A stretch of DNA of 64,000 nucleotides from Candidatus Saccharimonadales bacterium (GTDB taxonomy: Bacteria > Patescibacteriota > Saccharimonadia > Saccharimonadales > JBBQAJ01). Of the stretch, positions 9,925 through 19,003 are shown in pieces. The notes beneath the pieces are model-generated. The model ran no database searches. It was not told where the DNA came from and saw only the letters and a program-made list of their open reading frames with translations. Made by a program: the position numbers and the translations under genes. The stretch covers positions 92,882 to 156,881 of the forward strand of contig JBBQAJ010000001.1 in the NCBI GenBank assembly GCA_038316195.1. The letters run 5' to 3'. The stretch's first letter is position 1. The number at the start of each line of letters is the position of its first letter.

Positions 9925-10935
9925 ATGATAATTTCGCTGCTGGTATTAGAGGTGTTTTTACTTGTATCGCTTTCTGCTGCATGTTCTGGATTAAACGTCG
10001 CCCTCATGTCGCTTCAGCCATCAGACCTGAAACGAAAAGCCAAAATTGGCGACAAACGAGCCAGAAAAGTGCTACCTTTTCGTTTAAACAACCATTTGAC
10101 ACTTTCGAGCATACTGTTTACTAACGTCGCAGTAATTTCGGCTACGTCTTTGATCCTCGAACACCATACCACTGGATTGATCGCGGGCTTAATAAGTACT
10201 ATTCTAATTGTTATATTCGGAGAAGTATTACCACAGGCATGGTTTTCACGATATGCTTTAACTTTTTGTGCCAAACTGAGTCCAATGCTTCGACTGATGA
10301 TTATTTTTAGTTATCCCGTGGCAAAACCACTTCAGCTAATTCTAGATAAAATGCTGGGTGACGAGCATTATCTTTTACATAGTCGTGGTGAACTAGGACT
10401 AATTATTCGCGAACATAGTAAGTCTGACGAAAGCGAACTTGACGAAGACGAACTCGAGATCATGAAAGGTGCACTAAGTTTAAGTGAAAAACGTGTGAAT
10501 AGTATAATGACACCCCTCGAACAAGTGTATTGGTTAAACCCCGAAACACTATTAGATGGTGGGAAAATAAATGAGATAAAAGCAGAAGGATGGAGTCGAA
10601 TACCAATTCTAGGTAATATTGATTCTAAATTTCATGGAATTTTACTTATGAAAGACCTTGTAGATGTGGATTTTGACGAGGAGCCAATCTATATTGAAGA
10701 TTTACCTCTTCACAAATGCGCAACCGTGGGAAGCATGACTGCTCTTGACACGATGTTTCGTAAATTTATTGTCGCCAAGACTCATCTAATGCCAGTTGAA
10801 CGTGAAGGTAAAATTGTTGGAATTGTCACTATTGAAGATTTGCTTGAAGAAATACTGGGCCATGAAATCGAGGACGAATCAGACCACACAAGAAAAAATA
10901 ATCATAAAAAAATAACTCGTGAAGACATCAGCTGA
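9925..10935 (+). CDS. CNNM/DUF21 + CBS-pair membrane protein (CorC/TlyC-type Mg/Co transporter family)
   Basis: 336 aa: N-terminal DUF21 TM block, then CBS-pair sequence (IMTPLEQVYWL ... KIVGIVTIEDLLEEILGHEIEDE). Confidence 0.75.
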   Translation: MIISLLVLEVFLLVSLSAACSGLNVALMSLQPSDLKRKAKIGDKRARKVLPFRLNNHLTLSSILFTNVAVISATSLILEHHTTGLIAGLISTILIVIFGEVLPQAWFSRYALTFCAKLSPMLRLMIIFSYPVAKPLQLILDKMLGDEHYLLHSRGELGLIIREHSKSDESELDEDELEIMKGALSLSEKRVNSIMTPLEQVYWLNPETLLDGGKINEIKAEGWSRIPILGNIDSKFHGILLMKDLVDVDFDEEPIYIEDLPLHKCATVGSMTALDTMFRKFIVAKTHLMPVEREGKIVGIVTIEDLLEEILGHEIEDESDHTRKNNHKKITREDIS

Positions 10936-12175
10936 AAAAATACTAAAAACGTATATAACACTTACGTTATTAAGTACTTTTGCGTCTTCATTTATTTGGG
11001 GTATTAATACACTGTTTTTACTTGACGCAGGACTTAGTATTACGGCAGCTTTTTCTGCAAATGCATTTTTTACAATTGGTCAGGTGGTTTTCGAAATTCC
11101 TACCGGTGTAGTTGCAGATACCGTAGGTCGTCGAGCATCATATTTGCTTGGTTCGGCAACTTTGTTTGTATCAACTATATTTTATTTATGGCTTTGGCAT
11201 ATTCATGGTCCATTTTGGGCTTGGGCGCTAGTATCAATGTTGCTTGGGCTTGGATTTACATTTTTTTCAGGAGCAACCGAAGCTTGGTTGGTGGATGGCT
11301 TGAATCATAATCAACACAAGGGGACTTTGGAGCAAGCTTTTGCAAAAGGCCAAATAGCAAGTGGAATAGCAATGCTTACAGGAACTGTAGCTGGTGGTGT
11401 GATAGCGCAATATAGCAATCTCGGTGTACCATATATTTTAAGAGCGATTATGCTGGTTATTACATTTATTGTTGCATGGGCACTTATGCACGATGAAGGT
11501 TTTAAGCCGCGTAAAAGTGCAAATGTTTTTAAAGAAATGAAAATAATTTTAAAAACATCGTTTGATCATGGTATTCGTAATCCTCCTGTTCGTTGGATTA
11601 TGTTATCAGCCCCTTTTAGTGCTGGTGTTGGCTTTTATGCATTTTATGCAATGCAACCATTTTTACTTGAGCTCTATGGAAAAACAGGTTCATATGCCAT
11701 AGCAGGTTTAGCGGCTGCAATAGTCGCAGGAGCACAAGTTATTGGTGGTTATTTAGTTCCTTTCCTTCGTAAAATATTTCATAAACGTACTACTGTGTTA
11801 ATTAGTGGTGCATTACTTAGTTCAATGTCGCTTATTGGTATTGGCTTATCGGGTAATTTTTGGGTAGCACTTGCTGTATTAATAGTTTGGGCAGTCGTGT
11901 TTGCTTGTATTATGCCTATTAGGCAAGCATATTTGAACAACCTAATACCCTCTCAACAACGTGCAACAGTTCTATCCTCAGATAACTTAATTGGATCTGC
12001 AGGTGGTGTAGTTATACAACCTGGGTTAGGTAAAGTAGCCGACGTCTGGAGTTATGGCACATCGTACATAGTTGGTGCATTAATTCAGTTACTGGCACTG
12101 CCTTTCTTGTTGCTAGCAAAGAAACAACATGTTTCAGCCGACACAATACCAAATTCGTTAAAATCTATTCACTAA
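10919..12175 (+). CDS. MFS transporter
   Basis: 418 aa with about 12 TM helices and the MFS loop motif GVVADTVGRR. GTG start overlaps the upstream gene by 17 nt. Confidence 0.75.
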   Translation: MKTSAEKILKTYITLTLLSTFASSFIWGINTLFLLDAGLSITAAFSANAFFTIGQVVFEIPTGVVADTVGRRASYLLGSATLFVSTIFYLWLWHIHGPFWAWALVSMLLGLGFTFFSGATEAWLVDGLNHNQHKGTLEQAFAKGQIASGIAMLTGTVAGGVIAQYSNLGVPYILRAIMLVITFIVAWALMHDEGFKPRKSANVFKEMKIILKTSFDHGIRNPPVRWIMLSAPFSAGVGFYAFYAMQPFLLELYGKTGSYAIAGLAAAIVAGAQVIGGYLVPFLRKIFHKRTTVLISGALLSSMSLIGIGLSGNFWVALAVLIVWAVVFACIMPIRQAYLNNLIPSQQRATVLSSDNLIGSAGGVVIQPGLGKVADVWSYGTSYIVGALIQLLALPFLLLAKKQHVSADTIPNSLKSIH

Positions 12176-12442
12176 AACAATCACCAGGGTTACAACTCCC
12201 AATATTTTTCTAAAAAAAGAACAACCTAAATGTATCTCTATCCCTGCCCAAAATATTAATGAAATAAATGGAACATAATTAAAAATGACTTTAATTGGAC
12301 CATGATTTAGATTAATAAAAGCAGTAAATAATCCCTAGATTAATAATGGGGTACTCAGAAATTCAACGACAACAAACTTTCTTCGTTAATTCGTGAATAA
12401 TTTGTTCGTTAATTCTGCTTTGTTCAAGTATTAAATAATAAC

Positions 12443-12470
12443 AAAAAAGACCTTTTTACGGGCCTTTTTT
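12443..12470. terminator. A-tract/T-tract flanked hairpin, possible bidirectional terminator between convergent genes
   Basis: Sequence is AAAAAAGACC-TTTTTACG-GGCCTTTTTT. It pairs better on the minus-strand RNA (GGCC/GGUC with one G-U, plus A-U extension). Confidence 0.4.
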
Positions 12471-12723
12471 GTCACATCAGCTCTATTGCTAGAGTTGCTG
12501 CTAATCACCTCACAGTGACTATCAAAAACTATATTCCTACCTATATTTAATGTCAATATTTTTCGTTGTGTGTATTACACCATTTTTGTTGTAAGGTGTG
12601 GATAAGTATCCTTTTTAGAGATGGGGAGTCAAAGAAATTGCATTCCTTCAATATACTAATATAAAATCTCAAATTACTTTTGTTAAGAATAAATCCTTAA
12701 AAATAAATAAGTGTCAAAAATAT

Positions 12724-13107
12724 CTAGTTAACAATAATTTTGCCAGCTTGTTCGGAATTTAGATGATCATGATAGCCATATGTACCTAATTTAGTGACTT
12801 TAAATGCAAGGCTTTTTCCTGGCGATAGTACACTTTGATTTAATTCTGTATTTTTTGTATGGGTAGGATGGTCGTCAGAACTAAATTGAAGTGGTCTGGA
12901 CGATTTATTATTAATTGTCACAGTTTCTCCTGATTTAACTTGTAAGCTTATTGGATCGAACCCATTGTCAGAGTAATTTATTGTATTACTAGATGTTGCG
13001 AATGTTTTGACTTCAGGTTTTGACTTTTTAGATGATTTTGAAGTCAGAAATGTAACTCCAATAATTATAAATACTGCAGCTAAAGCAACGATAGCAGATT
13101 TTTTCAT
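12724..13107 (-). CDS. secreted cupredoxin-like domain protein, Cys-less with a His-rich putative metal site
   Basis: 127 aa with signal/anchor MKKSAIVALAAVFIIIGV. It shows a plastocyanin-like pattern (GFDPISLQVKSGETVTINN ... DDHPTH ... YGYHDHLNSEQAGKIIV), but the type-1 copper Cys position is not Cys. Confidence 0.55.
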   Translation of the reverse strand: MKKSAIVALAAVFIIIGVTFLTSKSSKKSKPEVKTFATSSNTINYSDNGFDPISLQVKSGETVTINNKSSRPLQFSSDDHPTHTKNTELNQSVLSPGKSLAFKVTKLGTYGYHDHLNSEQAGKIIVN

Positions 13108-13171
13108 GTTCCCTCTCGATTTAGTGTGATTATATTATACACGATTGAATCTTTTCTAAACCGAATTGTAG

Positions 13172-13984
13172 GTGCATACTATACAAATGGAGTCCAAGAA
13201 TCCAGATTCACATCCAAGCTTACTGGTTGACACTAACCAACACCAACCTCTGAAGTTGGCTGAACTCTATCCGGTTAAAAAACGAAGTAAAAAACTTTTA
13301 ATTGTTATGCTACTGGGATTAATTATATTACTTGGTGGAATATATGTACTATCAAATGAAAACAAAAAAAAGTCTATTACACAAAATAAATCGAACAATA
13401 TTTCTCAAACTACGGTAGTTCCTGCCAAAAAAGACGTCAACGATATAACTGAAACTAAAATTTTTGAAAACGGTTTTTTAGGAATAAAACTTACCATCCC
13501 AGTTAGCTGGAATTCTACAGAAACAGAAAATAATGGCGTAAGAATTGAATCGCCAGAATTTAGGTATAAGACTCTAACCAAAGGCGAAGTGATGGGAAAT
13601 TTTCGAATTAACATACGCATGTCTGCGAGGGTTCAAGATAGCAAATACATTGGTCGGGGCTATGCTACACAGCCTTCTGAAAATCTTATTTACTCTAAAC
13701 CGGCGCTTGGACAGCGCGCGAACACTTTTCTCACGAAATTCGGATTGGACACCCCGGACAATTTTGCATATTTTTTAATTGCAGGAAACTATAATCTTAC
13801 TAAAGGAGACACGCTCGGGCCTGACTATGGTAAAGAGCCTGATACATACATTATATCTGGTGGATTTTCGTCTAAAGATTTAACAGATGATTTTGCCACA
13901 AATCAAGTATCGATTGATTTTACAAAAACTAGCAATGCATACAAACAAGCTGTAGATATACTAAAAACACTCCAATTACATTGA
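13172..13984 (+). CDS. hypothetical membrane-anchored protein
   Basis: 270 aa with one TM (LLIVMLLGLIILLGGIYVL) and an extracytoplasmic domain of unknown family. GTG start in the track; alternative ATG at 13187. Confidence 0.5.
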   Translation: MHTIQMESKNPDSHPSLLVDTNQHQPLKLAELYPVKKRSKKLLIVMLLGLIILLGGIYVLSNENKKKSITQNKSNNISQTTVVPAKKDVNDITETKIFENGFLGIKLTIPVSWNSTETENNGVRIESPEFRYKTLTKGEVMGNFRINIRMSARVQDSKYIGRGYATQPSENLIYSKPALGQRANTFLTKFGLDTPDNFAYFLIAGNYNLTKGDTLGPDYGKEPDTYIISGGFSSKDLTDDFATNQVSIDFTKTSNAYKQAVDILKTLQLH

Positions 13985-14033
13985 TGGCACATCTTCTTTT
14001 TAGATCATTACTTTTAATGATTACAATTGGCTT

Positions 14034-14945
14034 ATGACAGAACATGGGATTGGCTCTGGCGATCAATTAATTGACAATCTTCAGTCATGGGCGGCAGAGC
14101 ACGTAGCACATTCTAATGGAAAGTTGGGTTTATTAGCTTATGCTCCCGAATTGTATCCAGGCCAGTCAGGTTTTAACGTTATGGGTGACCCCCAATCTGC
14201 CGCAGTTGTTGACGGCATCGCTAGACTTGCACATCCAAGCTACCCGGAAATTTTACATCTTTTGAATGAACAAGAAGATCGAACCTACGATGTAAGTCGG
14301 ATAGGTGAAATTTTACATGGTGGTTCAAATGTTATACTCGCAACAAACCACAGTGATTTGATTGATATTGCAATTACACATGCTGCTTTTTACAGTTTAT
14401 TAAATCGTATGGGTTATGAATTCAATACTGGGATTATTATAAGTAAAATGGTGGCATTTTTAGCTTATAAATTGGGAGAGGAGATGGCACCTACGGTAGG
14501 AGTTTTAAAGCTACTTGAAGATGAACAATTTTTAAGTTACCCACGTACTGAAGGAGCTCGCAAGCAAGGACTTGGAAGAATTGTACTTGCTGATGAAACC
14601 ACTCGCCACAACAGACACATGCGTTCAAGAGTAGTTAGACGTCTTAGTGAAGGTAGAGTGTTATTAGCTGCAGCCCCAAGTGGCACAACGGATAAGCCTA
14701 GTCATGACGACCCAAATATGATACAAATGGGCAAAGTTGGCACAGGTACCTCAATAATCCTCCAATCAGAAGGAACTTTAGTTGTACCTGTTGCGGTTGA
14801 TTACAATTCGAAAAAACCAATATTTGAAATTTGCGACATTCCTAGAAAAATTAATGATACAAATGCGACGAATATTGTTATGGGTCGAATTGCAGAACGC
14901 TTAACTAAAAAACATTCTTCTAAAACGTATATTTATAGAGAATAG
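14034..14945 (+). CDS. putative acyltransferase of the PlsC/LPLAT superfamily
   Basis: 303 aa with an HX4D catalytic motif in ILATNHSDLIDIAI and a PEGTR-like block AAAPSGTTDK. Assignment rests on these motifs only. Confidence 0.45.
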   Translation: MTEHGIGSGDQLIDNLQSWAAEHVAHSNGKLGLLAYAPELYPGQSGFNVMGDPQSAAVVDGIARLAHPSYPEILHLLNEQEDRTYDVSRIGEILHGGSNVILATNHSDLIDIAITHAAFYSLLNRMGYEFNTGIIISKMVAFLAYKLGEEMAPTVGVLKLLEDEQFLSYPRTEGARKQGLGRIVLADETTRHNRHMRSRVVRRLSEGRVLLAAAPSGTTDKPSHDDPNMIQMGKVGTGTSIILQSEGTLVVPVAVDYNSKKPIFEICDIPRKINDTNATNIVMGRIAERLTKKHSSKTYIYRE

Positions 14946-14998
14946 ACTTGAAAATAGCTGTATCAGTAAAGCCTGAGCAATGTATAATATTATAGAAG

Positions 14999-16102
14999 AT
15001 GATAGATGTGGTAGTGAAAAAATATGCAAAAATAATCCACAATCTGGGAGGTATATTCAAAAACCATAAAATGTTTTGGTTTTTGATTCTTTTTGCAATC
15101 GTCGGGACAATCCTGGTGCTATTTACAAAAGCTGCAACTCCAATCATAAGTATAGAAGCCGAATCATCGATCAACATTTCGAGCCCTGCTACAAAAATAA
15201 CTGATAGTACAGCAAGTGGCTTACAGGCTATTCAATTTAATGATCAATCACCATCAACAGTCAATGAATTTGTACTTGTTGCAGCTGGTGACATTGCATG
15301 CCCTCCTCCTGGTACAAAAACTTCTTCATCTTGTCATCACAGAGAAACAGCTAATTTAATAAAAGCATTGAAGCCTGATTATGTCTTAGCTTTGGGGGAC
15401 CTTCAATATGATGACGGTGCGTACAGCCAATACACAGGAGCTGGCAGCTATAACGACTCATGGGGGGTGCCTGAAATAAAGTCAATAACTAAACCGGTTC
15501 CAGGTAATCATGAATATCATGGATCTTTATCGGGTGGTGATGCTGCAGGCTATCTACAATACTGGGGAGACAAAGCCGGACCTCCTGGTAAATTTTTCTA
15601 TAGTTACAACCTAGGTAACTGGCATATAGTTGCCTTAAATTCAGAAATTAGCACAAGCTCAACTAGCGAACAAACAACCTGGCTTAAATATGACCTCGAG
15701 GCAAATAAAGGGCAGAAGTGTATTTTGGCATACTGGCACCAATCTAGGTTTAGCTCAGGCTATCATCCTTCAAGTACAGGTACAAAACCATTCTGGGATG
15801 AACTGTACGCAAAAGGTGCAGACCTAGTTTTAAGTGGACATTCTCATAATTATGAAAGATTTGAGCCACAAAACCCAGACGGTGGCCTTGACTTGATTAA
15901 TGGAATTATTCAAATTACGAATGGAATGGGTGGTGACAAATATGAAGCTGGTAAAAGTAAACAGCCGAATCAGATAGTTTATCAAGGGACAGACTATGGA
16001 ATCTTAAAAGTAGTTCTCAAATCTGACAGCTATGATTTTCAGTTTATTCCCGATGCTGGTTCGACTTTCACCGATAGTGGTACCAACATAAAATGTCACT
16101 AA
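14999..16102 (+). CDS. secreted calcineurin-like metallophosphoesterase
   Basis: 367 aa with motifs AAGDIAC, LGDLQYD, GNHEY and SGHSHNYERF. The N-terminal anchor and leader module are shared with 23366 and 31813. Confidence 0.8.
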   Translation: MIDVVVKKYAKIIHNLGGIFKNHKMFWFLILFAIVGTILVLFTKAATPIISIEAESSINISSPATKITDSTASGLQAIQFNDQSPSTVNEFVLVAAGDIACPPPGTKTSSSCHHRETANLIKALKPDYVLALGDLQYDDGAYSQYTGAGSYNDSWGVPEIKSITKPVPGNHEYHGSLSGGDAAGYLQYWGDKAGPPGKFFYSYNLGNWHIVALNSEISTSSTSEQTTWLKYDLEANKGQKCILAYWHQSRFSSGYHPSSTGTKPFWDELYAKGADLVLSGHSHNYERFEPQNPDGGLDLINGIIQITNGMGGDKYEAGKSKQPNQIVYQGTDYGILKVVLKSDSYDFQFIPDAGSTFTDSGTNIKCH

Positions 16103-16121
16103 AATTAAATTCTAATAAAAA

Positions 16122-16535
16122 CTACAGTTTAATAAATATATAAGGTTTCTGAATATTAAATAAACCCCTCGCACTCTTGTCGTGAGTCTTTATAAGATGC
16201 GTGTGTTGATGTTCGACGGATCGTTGTTTACTTTTTACGGCTCTTGCATAAACATTGTAATTTTTTGCTTCGTATTTGCACATAAGATCCATAATGTCTT
16301 TGCGTTCAATAGGAGCTAAATCTTTCAAACTTCGTACATGGCGTTTAGGGATTATTAATAAATGGTCAGTCACAGCCCTTAGTTCCCATAAATCATAAAA
16401 AGTACGGTTTGGAACAACATAGGAATATTTTGTAATTTCTAGTTTGCGTAATGACAAATCGTTCTCACAAAACGTGCATTTATCTGGTTTCGGAAAGCTA
16501 CGGTAAATTTTTAAATTCTTGCGATAATGGAACAT
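16122..16535 (-). CDS. HIT (histidine triad) family nucleotide hydrolase/transferase
   Basis: 137 aa with LLIIPKRHV and the histidine triad HQHTHLI. Confidence 0.7.
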   Translation of the reverse strand: MFHYRKNLKIYRSFPKPDKCTFCENDLSLRKLEITKYSYVVPNRTFYDLWELRAVTDHLLIIPKRHVRSLKDLAPIERKDIMDLMCKYEAKNYNVYARAVKSKQRSVEHQHTHLIKTHDKSARGLFNIQKPYIFIKL

Positions 16536-16555
16536 TTACTTATGATAACAAACAA

Positions 16556-16939
16556 TTAGTGCCAGTTTCGTTCTATTTCATGAATTCTGTCGTGATCCAA
16601 GCCAAAATGATGAGCTATTTCGTGCCATAGAGTGTGTTTAATTTGGCTTTTTAGGCTTAATAGATCATGACTTGCGTGGGAAATTGGATCTTTAAAAATC
16701 GTTATCCTATCTGGCAAAACTAAGTTGTATCCTGCACCTCTTTTTGTTAGTGGAATTCCTTCATATAGTCCAAATAATGTTTGGTCATATCTGAGTTGTT
16801 GTTTCTGTCTTTGTTCTGCATTTGGAGCATTTTCAAAAGTAACAAAAACATTTTTCATACCAGCGATGTATTCTTCGGGTAGCTCATCCATTGAATCACT
16901 AATAAGTTTTTCGAATTGTGCGTCAGAAATTTCAATCAT
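16556..16939 (-). CDS. small zincin-type metallopeptidase family protein (Zincin_1/DUF1025-like)
   Basis: 127 aa with HExxH in TLWHEIAHHFGLDHDRIHEIE and the typical LYEGIPLTKR segment. Confidence 0.7.
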   Translation of the reverse strand: MIEISDAQFEKLISDSMDELPEEYIAGMKNVFVTFENAPNAEQRQKQQLRYDQTLFGLYEGIPLTKRGAGYNLVLPDRITIFKDPISHASHDLLSLKSQIKHTLWHEIAHHFGLDHDRIHEIERNWH

Positions 16940-17045
16940 ATATTACTTAACAAGTTAAGCATAAATTCATTAAACAACCAAACATATCATAAAAACTCCC
17001 AGTATATACTATCTCACCTTTTTATAATTCAGGCCTTTCTATGTG

Positions 17046-18881
17046 TTAATTTTGTGATTTGTTGTTGGCACGTTTTCTTTTGTGAGGGTCTAGTTCTTTT
17101 TTACGTAATCGCAGTGATTTTGGGGTTACCTCTAAAAGCTCATCTTTTTCAATAAAATCTAAGCATTCTTCTAAACTAAAAATTACTGGTGGCGTTAACT
17201 GCACAACTCCATCAGATGAACTACTTCGCATGTTAGTCAAATGTTTGGCCTTACAAACGTTCATTTCTATGTCTTCTTGCCGTTTGTTCAATCCAATTAT
17301 TTGACCAGCGTATACTTTTTCTGCCGGTCCAACAAAAACTACTCCACGTTCTTCGGCAGTCTGCAAGGAGTATGGAGTTGTTATACCAGCTTCAAAAGCT
17401 ATCAACACACCATTACGAAGTTGTTCCAAATTTGCACCTAAGGGTTGGTAACCAATACTTAAACTATTCATAATAACTGTACCTTTTGTATTGGTAAGCA
17501 AGACATTTCTTAAACCTAAAAGTGCTCGCGTGGGTAGTTCATATACCAGCTTAGTAACACCTTTTGGACTTGCAAATTGCTCTTTAAGCGTAGCTCTGCG
17601 CGCACCTAATTCCATTTGCACCGTTCCAACATGTTCTGCCGGAATTTCAATAATTAACTCTTCTAATGGTTCTTCGACTACCCCCTCATGTTCTCTGGTA
17701 ACAACTTGTGGTCGACCTACCTCAAACTCATATCCTTCTCTTCGCATAGTTTCTATTAATACACTTAAATGAAGCTCCCCGCGACCTGATACCAAAAAAC
17801 CTATGCCTTGCTCTACAACACGTAATCCAACATTTGTCTCAAGTTCTTTTTGTAGCCTTTCTCCAATTTGTCGACTGGTAGTAAACTCTCCTTCCGTACC
17901 TTTGAAAGGACTTGTATTAGGGCCGAGGTATATTTTCAAGGTAGGAGCTTCGACTTCAAGAACAGGTAAAGGTTCCGGGTTGTTGCTGTCAGTAACTGTT
18001 TCTCCTATTTGAGCTTCGTTAATACCTGTAAGTTGTACTATATCACCTGCTACACCACCTTGAACTTCAAATTTACTGACACCGTGACTCATAAAAACAT
18101 TGTCAATTTTTGCTTTTGTAATCGAACCGTCTTTTTTACATAAAGCAACAGGATCTCCGGGCTTTACGCTACCTCGGGTTATTCTACCTATCGCATATTT
18201 TCCTTTGAAACTATCCCAAGCAAGTGCTGTTACTAGCATTTGGAATGGTTTGTCAGGTTCAATTTTTGGTGGTGGTACATGTTCTATAATTGCTTTAAAT
18301 ATTGGTTCAAGCGTAGAGTTTTCGTCTGGATTTTCTGGTATATGTGTCCATGATTTTCCCATTCTGCCGATTGCATAATATACAGGATAATGTAACTGAT
18401 CTTCATGGACTGCTAGTTCCAAAAATAAATCTGCCAATTCATTTTCAACTTCCTTAATACGACTTGCAGATTTATCAATTTTATTAATAATGACAATGGG
18501 TTTCAGTTCATTTGCGAGAGCTTTACTAAGCACAAATTTTGTTTGTGGCATCGGACCTTCTTGAGCATCAACTATAAGTAAGCAGCCGTCTGCCATATTC
18601 AGGGTACGTTCAACTTCGCCACTAAAATCTGCATGCCCAGGCGTGTCAATGATGTTTATGCGATATTCGCTATGTTGAACAGCAGTAACTTTGGCAGTTA
18701 TTGTTATACCACGTTCTTTTTCTTGATCACCACTATCCATAATCAGAACTTGTGCCATTTCTGCTTGATGTGCACCAAAAGTTTGTGATTGCTTTAGTAG
18801 CCCATCAACTAGAGTCGTTTTACCATGATCAACGTGAGCAATGATTGCAATATTTCGAATTTTGGTTGGATCTTGTGTCAT
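17046..18881 (-). CDS. typA: translational GTPase TypA/BipA
   Basis: 611 aa with G-domain motifs AHVDHGKTT, DTPGHADF and NKID, followed by EF-G-like domains. Confidence 0.95.
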   Translation of the reverse strand: MTQDPTKIRNIAIIAHVDHGKTTLVDGLLKQSQTFGAHQAEMAQVLIMDSGDQEKERGITITAKVTAVQHSEYRINIIDTPGHADFSGEVERTLNMADGCLLIVDAQEGPMPQTKFVLSKALANELKPIVIINKIDKSASRIKEVENELADLFLELAVHEDQLHYPVYYAIGRMGKSWTHIPENPDENSTLEPIFKAIIEHVPPPKIEPDKPFQMLVTALAWDSFKGKYAIGRITRGSVKPGDPVALCKKDGSITKAKIDNVFMSHGVSKFEVQGGVAGDIVQLTGINEAQIGETVTDSNNPEPLPVLEVEAPTLKIYLGPNTSPFKGTEGEFTTSRQIGERLQKELETNVGLRVVEQGIGFLVSGRGELHLSVLIETMRREGYEFEVGRPQVVTREHEGVVEEPLEELIIEIPAEHVGTVQMELGARRATLKEQFASPKGVTKLVYELPTRALLGLRNVLLTNTKGTVIMNSLSIGYQPLGANLEQLRNGVLIAFEAGITTPYSLQTAEERGVVFVGPAEKVYAGQIIGLNKRQEDIEMNVCKAKHLTNMRSSSSDGVVQLTPPVIFSLEECLDFIEKDELLEVTPKSLRLRKKELDPHKRKRANNKSQN

Positions 18882-18892
18882 ATATATTTAAA

Positions 18893-18910
18893 AAGCGCCA
18901 TAGGGCGCTT
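18893..18910 (-). promoter_or_regulatory. terminator-like hairpin in the typA 5' leader
   Basis: Minus-strand RNA reads AAGCGCC-CUAU-GGCGCUU followed by UUUAAAUAUAU and then the AUG. No SD is visible between the hairpin and the start codon. Confidence 0.45.
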
Positions 18911-18921
18911 ACCTTCACTAT

Positions 18922-18951
18922 ATTATACCATAAGCATACCACGAGAAGCAA
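18922..18951 (-). promoter_or_regulatory. sigma70-type promoter for typA
   Basis: On the minus strand: -35 TTGCTT (18951..18946), an 18-nt spacer ending in TGG, and -10 TATAAT (18927..18922), i.e. an extended -10. Confidence 0.5.
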
Positions 18952-19003
18952 GCATTATTAAGTTCCGTGAATGTTATACTTAAGTAATATGTAAGGAGGA
19001 TTT

